The notes under the pieces were generated by a model. The model saw nothing but the letters and a program-made list of their open reading frames with translations, made no database searches and was not told the origin of the DNA. A stretch of 63,875 nucleotides of DNA, the filler included, from Ministeria vibrans ATCC 50519 (Eukaryota > Protista > Filasterea), in assembly GCA_943704425.1 (NCBI GenBank). It is 12 parts of 12 records of this genome, joined end to end, with 100 filler letters (N's around TTAATTAATTAA, not from the genome) between each part and the next. Parts side by side here need not be neighbours in the genome. Positions count along the whole stretch, not along the records: positions 1 to 6,399 come from CALSCP010000263.1; positions 6,500 to 17,167 come from CALSCP010001483.1; 10 more parts are not named here. One strand, written 5' to 3'. Both the position numbers and the translations under genes were made by a program. Within the stretch, counting starts at the first letter, position 1, and every line of letters starts with the position of its first letter. Shown here one piece after another: positions 1 through 11,282 of the stretch.

Positions 1-194
1 TGGTGGGGCGCATCTGGAACGAGTGGAGCGGAGGCACAGCCAACAACGGAGACATTTTCTTGTACAAATATGGCAACGGTGTTCGCTAAGTCAATGCACT
101 TTTTAATTCTATTCGTCAACAATTCAAATACTTTTTTCAATCACCATTATAAATTATTATAAATTTAATAATAATTTACCTCCACTGAAGCGCC

Positions 195-3100
195 ATGGCC
201 TACGTCCGCGAATACGCTGCCGGCCAGGACTTTCATCGTACTCACCGCTTCGTTTCATCCTCTGAAAATATCCTCATTCTCTTCATTTGACACGCGCAGC
301 CTTCGTCTCTCTGTCCACCCTCCTTTCACATCCATCCTCTTTCTTCTCTCACCTCGTTGTGAGCCTGTCACTTTCCGTCTTTTGTGCTATGCGATTTTTT
401 TTCTCACTGACGAAAGTTCTAAACTTGTCTGTGTAGACTTCAAAACTGGCGTGGAAAGGCGCGTTACGCCCGAGGGTGTTCCTTACTTTGTCGAGTACGC
501 CACCTCGGCTGATCCTCCTCCCGTCACTTCGTCTCATGTTGTGCTTTTTTTTTTTCGTCTTCTCTTCTCTCTCTCTTTCTCTTTCTCTTCTCTCTCTCTC
601 TCTCTCGCCATCTCCACCTCCTTTAGTCTTGCCGATGAAACATCTGAGTGGCTCGACCCACGTGCCTATGCTATGAACATGAGTACGTCACTGTCACAGT
701 TCTTTTGCCGTTTTTCTTACGTTTTCAAAAATCATTTTTCCTCTCTCTCTTTCTCTTCCGCTCTCTCTCTGTCTCTCTCCTCCCCATTCCACACTCTCGC
801 TGTCTGCAGCGAAAGTCTTTGAACCCATCCGGCGGACTGCCTACCGCGTTGCCTACCACATGCGCTTCATTCAGCGTGAATTGTCACGTAAGCTGTGTGT
901 TCGTTTTTTTTCCCCCTATTTTTCGTTCTCTGACACTGATTGGTCGTTTGCAGTTGACAAGATCAGCCTCAAGGCCATTACAGACGCCTTCAATGCAAAC
1001 CACGTCAGTGAAGATGCCGATAAGGTGCGCACAAACGCATTCAATCGTTCTCCGTCTCTCAATTCCTTTTTTTTTTTTTTTTTTTTTTTGCTTTTTGTTG
1101 AAGTTGATGACTTCGGACGAAATGCTCAAAGTTCTCGAGCACATGTATGCGGATGTGGTGGGCAACGCCGAGTCTTCGGCGACGCTTGCGCTTGGCTGGC
1201 TCTTGAGCGTCTACGACCGCAAGCACTGCGGCAAGCTGACTATGCACGACTTCAAGATTGCGCTGACGGCTCTGTCGGCGTCCGGCCGTGGTCTGCGCCG
1301 TGTCTTTGAGGAGCACTTTAACATTGTGGACAGCAATCACGACTCGATGGTGTCGGCGGCGGAAATTGAGCGCTACGTGGGCACCCTGTGCAAGATGGTG
1401 TACACCATTGGCGAGGGCGCGAGCATGTGTGTGTCGATGGACAACATCAAGGCGTCGGTGGACCGTCTCTTTCCCACGGCTATGCGCGTCACGCGTGTGC
1501 AAGAGTTTGTAGGCTTTTGCCTCAGCGACGAACGTCATCTCATGTGGCTGCCGCTCATGTCGCGTCTGACAGCCTCCGAGGAGATCCGCCACGATGGCGC
1601 CTGTTTTGTGTGCAAGTTGGACCTGCGCGGTCTGCTTGTCAAGGCACGCAAATTCGGCCGTGGTAAGCTGTGCGAGCGCTGCTACATTGAAGGGCGCGAG
1701 GCAGGCCGTTTCCGCAATGGCCAACCGGTTCGCGAGTACGTGCTTGAGCCGTCGATTCTCGAGCGCTCGAGCGACTTCTTTGCGAGCGTGCGCAATACAG
1801 GCAAGAAGACGCGCCAGAATCGACTCACGACTGAGCCCAACTACCGCGACGACTTTGGCGAGCACTTGGCAAAGGAGAAGGCGCGCTCGCGCAGTGTGCG
1901 CGACCATGTGCGCAAGCAGCAGGAGGATCAGTTGCGCGCCCAGGCACTCGAAGTGGAGCGACAGAAACTGGCAGTGCAACAGCAAGAGCTGTTGGTGCAG
2001 CAGCAGGAGGCGGAGGCGCAGCTTGCAACGGCCAATCAGCGTGGCGGTGTCAGTGCGGGTGGTGCGGATCGTGACCGGGCGGCGCCGCCACCGCCCATGC
2101 CGGTGGTGCGCAGCAGTTCGTCGTCGTCGCAGGACGCGGAACAGGCACACACCAAGGTGCTGACGGTGTACGACCAGGAGACACACGCGCTCATTGCGCA
2201 GTTTGCAGCGCGTGTGGGTCAGCTCGAGTCGGGCCACGGCTCGTCGGCGCAGCTCACCAAGAACGCACCGTCGTACCGTCGCCCCGTTTCGTCGACGTCC
2301 GCCATGGAGACAACGTCGGCGAGCGAGTCGGAGACTGACGGTCCTGGAGCGCAGCGCTCGGTGGTCATTACGACGCAGACGAGCGACGACGAGTTTGGAC
2401 CGGTGATCACGGAGGAGATGTTGGTGGCAGGCCAGGCGGTGGCAGCGGGCGTCAGTGCGGTTAGCGACGCCGACGATGAGTTTGCGGCCGAGGGCGACCT
2501 GGTGAGCGCCTCGGCCGAGATGGAGTCGGTGGTGGCGCAAATGGCACTGTTTGGCGACGATTCGGACTCGGATACGGGTGACGAGATGCGACGACCGTCG
2601 TTTGGCGAGCAGCTGTTGCAGGCGGCGCGCAACGTTGCCAACACCACGTCGGCGTTGGTGTTGCAGGCGGCGGCGGTGAAGAAGGCGGAGGCGAGCGAGC
2701 AAGGAGGCAATCCGGACGAAGTGCGGGAGTGGACACAGACGGTCAACGACAAGGCGGCTGGCATGCACGAGGCTGCGCGCAAGCTGTGCCAGGTGATGAC
2801 GCGCGATCAAATGGGCCAGGCAAGCGAGGATGAGGTGGTACGCGGTGCAGAGGAGGTCAAGGCGGCGTCGACGGCGCTGCTCGACGCGTGTGCTGCCAAC
2901 GATGAGATGCACCCGAGCCCCTTGCCGTTTGCCACGACGGCCGTCGAGGCACGTCGCACGGCGGTCGAGAGCAAGGAGCACCTCGACGATCTTGTGGACT
3001 TTGCAACGCGTGCTACCAGCATGAGCTCAGCGCCACGCATGAGCACGGACCACGAAACGACAAGCGACGAGGGCGGCGCAGCTGCGGCGGCGGTGCGAGC

Positions 3101-4175
3101 GCACCAGAAGAAGCAGAAGAGCGGACGACGCGTGGGCTTTGGTGCGACGAGCACGTACTCGTACGGGGGCGGTATGACAACGACAACGGACGATGACGAC
3201 GAGACAACCGAGACAGACGCGCGCGTGACCACAACGGGCCCTTCGTCGGACAGCGAGACGGAACTGGCGTCGTCGTGGCGTCAGTACTCCATGGACCCAC
3301 ACCACTCGTCGGGCGGCGAGGAGTCTCCCTCGCCCGCTCCTGTGCGCCTCAAGCCCATTTATGACGGCCCCAACTTTGGCCGTAAGATCACTATGAAGCG
3401 TTTGTCTCTCCAGACGCAGAATCTCGCCGAGCGATGGCTGTACATTCTATTTGCCATTGAAGAGGAAGCCGGTAAGTTATGTTTTATTCTTTTGTGCATC
3501 TTTTATGTGTGACTGTGACTGTGTGTGTGACTAAGAGTGTGGGACGGTGTATGTGTGTATGTAGGAGTTGAGATTCCGGGCGTAAATGATCAGAATGTCG
3601 CGACCGAGCTGCCCAAGAAACTGCGCGATGGCACAGTGGTAAGACTAAAAAGACAGAAGAGGGAGAAAGAGAAATTTTTTGAAAAGAAAGAAAGAGAGAG
3701 AGAGAGAGAAAGGAGGGAGGGCGAGAGAGAGAGAGGGAGAAAAAACAAAGTGATAGAGAGAGAGAAGGAGGGAGGGAGAAAAAAACAAAGTGATATATAT
3801 ACATATAGAGAGAGAGAGGAAGAGAGTGGAAGAGAAATCCAAACATTCCTAAAATCCAAAGCACACTTATCTTTTTTCGCCTTTTTTCCCCGTGCAAAAA
3901 ATGCTCAGGTGTGCAAGCTGGTGAACGCATTCTTGCGCCGCCGCTCAAATACCGATGCAATTGTGCCGCATATGCCGGAAGAAGGGGCACGACTGGCAAC
4001 GATTCGAGTGATGGAGAACATGGAGTTTTTCCGCGATGGCTGTCGTCGGTTGGGTCTGTCTGACGGGGACCTGTGCAACACGTTTGATTTGGTGGAGGGA
4101 AAGGGTGGCATTGAGACGGTCCGTTGTCTTGAAGCCATTGTCCATTTTGGAAGAAGTATTCCTCAAAGCGAGTGA
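195..4175 (+). CDS. Dystrophin/utrophin-like WW-EF-hand-ZZ protein fused to a talin-type I/LWEQ domain and a C-terminal calponin-type CH domain (multi-exon)
   Basis: Spliced exons give WW 'GVERRVTPEGVPYFVD/LADETSEWLDPR'; EF region 'IRRTAYRVAYHMRFIQRELS/LDKISL...LGWLLSVYDRKHCGKL'; ZZ 'HDGACFVCK...LCERCYIEGR...PVREY'; I/LWEQ 'SFGEQLLQAARNVANTTSALV...GQASEDEVVRGAEEVKAASTALLDAC'; CH 'LRDGTV/VCKLVN...MENMEFFRDGCRRLGLSDGDLCNTFDLVEGK'. The ATG at 195 and the first two exons are tentative. Confidence 0.85.
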
Positions 4176-4389
4176 TGAAGTATTCCTCAACCGAGTGATT
4201 TTGTTGTTTTGTTTTTCTTTTGCTTTTCAAATAAATAACTCTTTATTTCGAAAATGTTCCGATTCTCTTTGACGTGGTGTCTTGGCATTTTGGTGCCAAT
4301 ATGTGTGCCTAACATTCTTTCATCGGGTCACTTACCAATAAAATTATTCATTTTTATTCATTATTGACACAATTTTCTCCCCTCGAAAC

Positions 4390-4613
4390 ATGCGACGCTG
4401 GCGCCTGAGCGTCGGCGAGCAGACTGCGGCGCGCGCGACCCTCGCACCGCCGCGCTTGCCCGACTGGAACATTGGGACGTTGCCCGTTCGGACGCTTGTC
4501 GACACTCCCATCCCCATTACACACTGGTATGCGACTCGACTTATGCCTGACTACATGTGCATGGCCGAAAATCCAGCGGGAATACGATAACTGTGGCACA
4601 CACAGACGATTGA

Positions 4614-4651
<38 letters not shown>

Positions 4652-5780
4652 CGTCTTTTTTTAAGGCAATTGAGACACCTTATGGTGTACGACGGGCACG
4701 TGGGGTGCGGAGGCTCTGAACGATCAGGCCGACTACTTTTTGTGAGCCGGGAGGGCATTGACACGCTTGATCTGAAGACGTTGGCGATTGCGAATTTGGC
4801 ACCGCTGAATTACATTCCAGTCAGTCTTGACATGAACTTGGGGTATATTGCGGCGTCTGGGCAGGAAGGGCAGCTTGATGTGTACGCGGCAGACTCGATG
4901 CGAGTAATGTAAGGCGTCTTGACTTGGCGGTTGTGTCGTGCTGAACGTGTTGTTGTCGTTGGTGTGTCAGAGCAAGACGGTCCACCATTTCCGAGGGTGA
5001 CATCTGCAACAGTGTGCGCATTGCGTCGTACAACAACATTCCAAGAATAATAGCGGGCTGCAACGATCGTCGTATTCAAGGTGAAGCGCATGCCGAAGGA
5101 AGAACAGGAGAAAATTAACTTGTATGTTTTATAGTGTTTGACATCCCATCAATGCATTGTCTGACGACGCTGATCTGCCCGTCTGCAGTCAACACAACCT
5201 GCACAAGCCCCGACGGCAAGATGATGGCGGTGGGCACTGACATGTCTGAGGCACTCTTGTTTAATGTGCAGGGAACGCACTATGAGCGATCAATGGTCTG
5301 CACCAACACACTGAATTCGTATTTTATTGACTGATCTGTGTGTGTGTGTGTGTGTAGACCTTGCAAGCGGCGAGCGATGCGGGATTTTCATGTACGTTTG
5401 ATGGGACGGGACGACAGTTGGCAGTGGGCTTCCAGGATGGTGTGGTTGCGGTGTGGGATGTGCGGATGCTGGGAACGCGTCTGGCGCTGCTGCGGACGCG
5501 GCAGCGGCGGGCGGGCGGGGCTGTGCGCAGTGTGCAGTACTGCCGGCAAGGGGGGTTGGATCTACTTGCGTTTTCTGAGCACACGGGCTATGTGCATGTG
5601 GTGGATGCGAGAACGTTTGCGACCGACCAGGTGGTCAGTGTGGCCGAGACAGGGCAGGACATTGCTGGCTTTGCCTTTACCTCCAGCGGCCTTGTAGCAG
5701 CCACCCCCGCCGGCATGGTCGAGATCAAGCTGGACTATGCCAGGAGACGTGCCTTTCCGTCGGGCGATTACATTGAGTGA
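4390..5780 (+). CDS. WD40-repeat protein, DUF2415 family (multi-exon)
   Basis: 'ITHW/QLRHLM' N-terminal motif, WD repeats 'GFQDGVVAVWDVR', and 'DLLAFSEHTGYVHVVDART' typical of DUF2415 proteins; GT-AG introns join the ORF pieces. Confidence 0.7.
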
Positions 5781-6023
5781 AAATATGATTGTATTAAAAT
5801 ATGATGACTATTGTTTGTGGATGAGCTGCATCGTCGTTGGTCGAACCGTGTTGATCTTTCAATTTTACATTGTTGACACACACATACACACACACAAATG
5901 AAAAGTATACAGTCGTGTTGTGAAGTGTGCGAGATGTGACGTGAAATATGTGTGAATAGTGAAATAGGTGTGAGTAGTTGGTGTGTGTGAGTGTGTCAAG
6001 GATAATAATGGTAAATACAATGC

Positions 6024-6399
6024 CTATTCTTGCATCGCCTCGTTGCTGTCCGTGTCGCCTTCAATGCGCGCCGCTTTGAGGCGGGAGACCATATTGTTGG
6101 ATTGGTCATCGCTGGCATCGCTCTCTTGCGACATTCTAGCGAGTCAGCGGTGGAAAGTTCAGCGTATGATAAAAAACAAACAACAAAGACGATTGAACCT
6201 TCGTTTGCGCACATTCGGCTGGACGGAGTGCAGGTAGATGGGGGTGGACGACTTGCGCCGTACCCGGTGCACGTGCGGGCGCTGAGGCAGCGGCATGACG
6301 TGCTGCCGGAACAGCGCCAAAAGGATTTCGCGTGGAAGTGACTGAAGTTTTCCATTCGGTTTTTGTGAGTTGGTCGCTGACGGAGGCAAGGTAGCGCAC
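6024..6399 (-). CDS. 3' part of a possible Ashwin (C2orf49)-like protein; 5' end lost at contig edge
   Basis: 'LPREILLALFRQHVMPLPQR...VRKR' splices in phase 2 (AG|gttcaa...ctag|A) to 'MSQESDASDDQSNNMVSRLKAARIEGD...*'; resembles the Ashwin 'LYVQHAIPLPQR...LRKR...RLK' pattern. Confidence 0.4.
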
Positions 6400-6499
6400 N
6401 NNNNNNNNNNNNNNNNNNNNNNNNNNNNNNNNNNNNNNNNNNNTTAATTAATTAANNNNNNNNNNNNNNNNNNNNNNNNNNNNNNNNNNNNNNNNNNNN
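6400..6499. other. Artificial contig spacer (N44-TTAATTAATTAA-N44); same spacer at 17168, 18490, 19688, 21414, 22844, 24944, 45614, 56874, 58860 and 62132
   Basis: Identical 100-nt block with an all-frame stop linker, repeated 11 times; genes are cut off at each one. Confidence 0.97.
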
Positions 6500-6533
<34 letters not shown>

Positions 6534-6572
6534 TCTTATTCACACTTCCTCTCTCCCGTCTGCGCTTTCCAG

Positions 6573-9500
6573 AGATCATGTTCCTGGGGCTCCTTGAGAA
6601 GGTACAGGATGAATTTGCGACGATCACGATCAGCGAGGACGGCACCATGACGTCGGTGAATCGAACGGCGATGGACTTGTTTGGATACACAACACACGAG
6701 ATGGTTGGCAAGAAAGTCAACATGCTACAGGTAGGTCGTGTGGTGTGGTGTGGTGTGGTGTGGTGTGGTGTGGTGTGTATGTATGTCTTTGTGGTGTGGT
6801 GTGTATGTATGTATGGCTTTGTGGTGTGTGTGTGTAATGCATGACTCGCACTCATCTTTTTATGTTTGTGAAGGCGGAGAGATATGCAGCGGCGCACGAT
6901 GGGTACCTGGAACACTATTTGCGCACCGGCGAACGTCGGGCCATTGGCCGACTGCGTCTCGTTGAGGGGAAGCGCAAAGATGGCTCTCTGTTCCCAATGC
7001 AGGTATGAGAGCAGAAAAAAACAACGTTGATTGCTGTGAACGCGTCGCTTTTGTTTAGTTGGCTGTGGAGGAGGACAAGTTTATAACGGGCGAGCGGTAC
7101 TTTCGGGGCATGATCTTTTCGATGGAGAGCTCCGACATGGATCCGATTATCAGTGGGGATGTGGCGACGGAGACAGTGCGCACCGCGAACAACTCGGCTG
7201 CTCTACTGTTTGGCTTTTCTAACACACACGCAATGGAGGGTCTCAAGATCACACAGTTGCTGCCGACCTTCTCGTGGGAGGGCGTCAAGGGTCACTCGTC
7301 GCTCGGCAGGATGATCCTGCCCGGGAGACACCAAGACGACACGCAGTTTCAAGTGTTTGTCATTGTCGAGGAGTACACGCTGGGCGGTGATCATCTCTTC
7401 AGTCTCAAGTGCAGGCACACATCACAGAAGAAGGTACGAATGGCTCTGAGTGACGGAGCGTGAGTGGTCAGTCTGATTCAGTGGAGATTTGCGTGATACA
7501 ACAGTGCATGTCTGAGTGAGTGTCTGAGATGGTGCATGTTTTAGCGGGTGTCTGAGTTAGTGGTCAGCGCGTCTTCAAATTAGAGTGTTTCAACTCTGTG
7601 TTTGAATCAGATGCTGAATCAATATGTTGAGTCACGTTGTGATTGAATCAGTATAATACGTTTTATTGGGTTTATTCGTTTTATTGCATTTTCACTTGCC
7701 CCTTTGAGTCNNNNNNNTCAGTATAATACGTTTTATTGGGTTTATTCGTTTTATTGCATTTTCACTTGCCCCTTTGAGTCCTTCGTCTACTCTGTTTAAC
7801 CCCTTTTGTTGCAGACTCAAGCGCGGTCTATTGGCGAAGGGGCACCACAGCAGCAACAATCGAGCCAGCAAAAGTCACCCTACCATGTTGATCTCGACAA
7901 GATTGGCCAGTACATCGGTCATTACCGTGTTGGAAAGGTAACAACTCCTGCCTTCCAAAAAAACATACAAAAAACGTCAAAATAAATATTTTTAAATCCC
8001 GTAGGTCATTGGCACTGGGTCGTGGGGCATTGTCATTAGCGCAACACACCGTCTGACGGGCAAGCTGGTCGCCATCAAGGCCATGCGCAACCCCAGCAAG
8101 GCCAAGCCGAGCGACCACTCGTCCGCCTCGTCTACCCAGCAGGGCACAAACTACCCCCCCGACGTCAACAGAGAGATCAAAATTCTCAAAACGGTACGAG
8201 AATGACACACACTAAAGAGAATCATTCTTATTTAATAATGTGTGACTGCTGTGTGTCTTTTTTTTTTTTTTTTTTTTGAATGTAGCTGTACCATCCTAAC
8301 ATTGCGTGTCTGTACGAGATCATTGAGACACCCGACACCGTCTTCCTTGTCATGGAGCACTGCTCGGGCGGTGAGCTCTTTGACTATGTGTGTCAGTATG
8401 AAAACGGCCTTGAAGAACACGAAGCGCGAAAGTACTTTCGGTACAGCTTGGACACAAGCAGTCTTCGTTTTATCTTACGATTATCATTGTCTTTTCTGTA
8501 GCGATGTGTTGGGGGCAGTGGACTATATGCACCACAAGAAAGTCATTCATCGTGACATTAAGCTTGAAAACCTTCTTCTTGACGCAGAGGTAAGGGGTAC
8601 TTTTGTATTGATTTCTGTACTCACAATTGATCTGCACGAATTGTATGATAGGGACATGCGAAACTCATTGACTTTGGCATGAGCAACTTTCACACCAACA
8701 TTGTGCGCATGTCGACCTTTTGCGGCTCACCCGCTTACACTTGTCCAGAGATCTTTATGGGAAAGCTCTATTCGGGTCCAGAGGTACGCATACACTCTCG
8801 ACGTGTTCACACAACGCATCGACTCAACACATTGCACAAGCTCTCGATTCACCCTCGAACTTTGCACACACACATGCACATGNNNNNNNNNNNNNNNNNN
8901 NNNNNNNNNNNNNNNNNNNNNNNNNNNNNNNNNNNNNNNNNNNNNNNNNNNNNNNNNNNNNNNNNNNNNNNNNNNNNNNNNNNNNNNNNNNNNNNNNNNN
9001 NNNNNNNNNNNNNNNNNNNNNNNNNNNCACTTGTTTCTTCCTCCTCCTCTCTCTCCCTTTTGCAATTATTCCTTTCGTACATCTTTGACGTATTCATTAT
9101 TCATACAATCAAACTTTGTTTTCTCTAGGTGGACATCTGGTCACTTGGCGTTGTGCTGTTTGCCCTTGTCTCGGGCTTCCTTCCCTTTGACGAGGACCCC
9201 CGTCGCATTCTTCGTGGCCACTACGCTCTCTCGCCACGTCTTTCCCCCGATTGTGCCGATCTTATTCGTTGTATGCTGGAGCCAAACGCATCAAAGCGCG
9301 TTAAAATTGATCAGGTGTCAACCACACCACAAACACACTCGCATCTCCCACAACTAAACCCATCTCGTTTTTTTTTTTTTCTCTCTCTCTCCTTTCCATC
9401 TTTCAAGATTATTGCGCATCCATGGGTCAATTTCCTGTCGCAACCCATTGTGCGCTTTGACGTCAATGTGTCCCCTCTGCCGCCCCCAAGCCAGTTCGAC

Positions 9501-10013
9501 AAGGAGATCATCATGCAAATGTCGCAGTTGGGCTTCCCACCCAAGGCCGTCAACAAGGCCCTTGAGGCCAAGGGGTTCAACCAGATCACCGCCACCTACC
9601 GTTTCCTCTACAGTGCCAAACAGAAGCGTATACACATGCTCGGTCACTCGCACCCGTCCTTGACCGACTCTTCCTTTTCTTTCACTTCTTCTGCACCCTC
9701 TGACGCCTCTGCTGCTGCCTCTGCCTCTGCACCCACCTCTTTTGTTACACACGACTCCGCCTGGCACCATTATCACACCTCGTCCGTCCTGCCCACCTCC
9801 CACTCTCTTTCTACCGGCGAATCCAACTCTCTCACCGACGAACTCGTCCTCTACAGCCAAATCGAGTCCCTCTACTCGCGCGCTGTCGCATCGCTTCCCT
9901 CCGCACCCCAGCCTGGCCCCCTCCCTTCCTCCCGCGTTGAGGCACATACTCGCATTGTCGACATGGTCACGCATCTTGCTGATACCCTCCAGTACCTTAA
10001 AGCACACCAATGA
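6573..10013 (+). CDS. Multi-PAS (FixL-like heme PAS) + MARK/AMPK-family Ser/Thr kinase + UBA; 5' end missing
   Basis: PAS '[69 protein letters not shown]'; second PAS 'ANNSAALLFGFS...ITQLLP'; kinase 'IGTGSWG', 'VAIK', 'HRDIKLENLLLD', 'DFG', 'TFCGSPAYTCPE', 'VDIWSLGV'; UBA 'DKEIIMQMSQLGFP...NQITATYRFL'. Confidence 0.88.
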
Positions 10014-10035
10014 AACATCTCCATTTTTATACGTA

Positions 10036-11136
10036 TTACATCTCTTTCTCTGCAATCGCTACTCCCTTAACCACACTTCGCTGTGCTCGTGCCAATGAGC
10101 CACGCGAGCTCTTCTCAACGCGCTTTAACACGTTTCCCGCCTGATGGATGGTGCAGCGTTCAAGTCGCCAAATGAGCGCGAAGTGTGCAAAATGTGCATT
10201 GAACACTCGCACAAATGCGCTGGGGACACTCTCGCTCGAAAGAATCACTCGATTGCCCTTGCCCGAACGTATCACCTACACAAAGTCGTCACGTGTAAGC
10301 CATGGAAATTCAAGCACATGGAATTGTCCATGGAAGACAAGGCACACACAGTCGTACGTTGAGGGCCATTCGACAAATGTTGATGGACAAGGCCGCAAAC
10401 GGAAACTCCTGAGCGTCACTCTGACTGATACGGAAGATTAGAGATGCACGGTACCGCATTTCCGGAGTGCCTCCAAGCAATCCCAAAAGCGATATCAGAC
10501 CCATGAGGCCCACTCCCCTCAAATCGGTCGTTGGGTCGTTGCCTGCTCACCCAATGGATAAAATTGAGCTACACTCTAACATTAATTTACAATTTTGACT
10601 TACCCTGAAATCCAATCTCAACCCAGTGTGGACCCACACGGTCAGGATCGGCAATTGCCAGAACATCGGGGTCTTGGAGCGGCGGGATTCGCCCCCTTTC
10701 GTGGCAGAGGGGCAGCGAAGCGCACAATTTGTACACGGTGACCAATATTCGCTCGTGTACAGCATGGCCGGTCTCGAAAGGCACCTTCCCCAGCGCGACC
10801 ATCAGGCCAAGATCATTCTCCAAGGGGTCTTGTCCGCCGAGAGTGGCCGCTGCACAGCAGGAGAGGCAACCCCGGTCGGTTGTCATGGCACTGGTGAACT
10901 CGTCGCGCGCCTGACCCTAAAACAGTGTATCGGGGCTCTTCTTTATAAGGGACGCGCCGTCGTGCATATCCTCTACAACGCGATACCTTCCACTGCAAAA
11001 GCTGGTCATTGGAAAGCCCTCTGAAGTGTTCGACTGCTTCTTCATATGAAATGAGTGGAGCAGTCGCACTCGTTCGGTTCCCCTCCAGCTCGCTTGAGAG
11101 ACTCCATTCTGAATTGGATCGCGAATCTTCATTCAT
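10036..11136 (-). CDS. ELMO-domain protein, ELMOD3-like ARF/ARL GAP (multi-exon)
   Basis: 'HERILVTVYKL...GPHWVEIGFQG/NDPTTDLRGVGLMGL...FPFAALSINI' is the ELMO/CED-12 domain signature. Confidence 0.85.
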
Positions 11137-11282
11137 GATATACCAGACTACCACTCTGCAGAGTCCAAGTGCCCATCAGCGACAGGAGAGCGACAGGGGA
11201 CACAAATGAGAAAATAAATAAACAAGTCGATTGAAATATTTTTTCAATTTTCATGGCAAAAAACAAATTAATTATATTCGAA

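Noticed and set aside
1-55. Possible divergent gene start on the minus strand (MSPLLAVPPLHSFQMRPT)
   Set aside because: Only 18 codons at the window edge, with no recognisable motif.
1059-2981. 640-aa antisense ORF and similar long shadow ORFs (e.g. 60703-61836)
   Set aside because: Antisense shadows of GC-rich coding exons, with no domain signal.
6444-6455. Recurrent TTAATTAATTAA palindrome as a biological repeat or CRISPR-like element
   Set aside because: Always centred in a 100-nt N spacer; it is an artificial six-frame stop linker.
7648-7780. 63-nt direct repeat flanking a 7-N gap
   Set aside because: Typical unmerged contig overlap from scaffolding.
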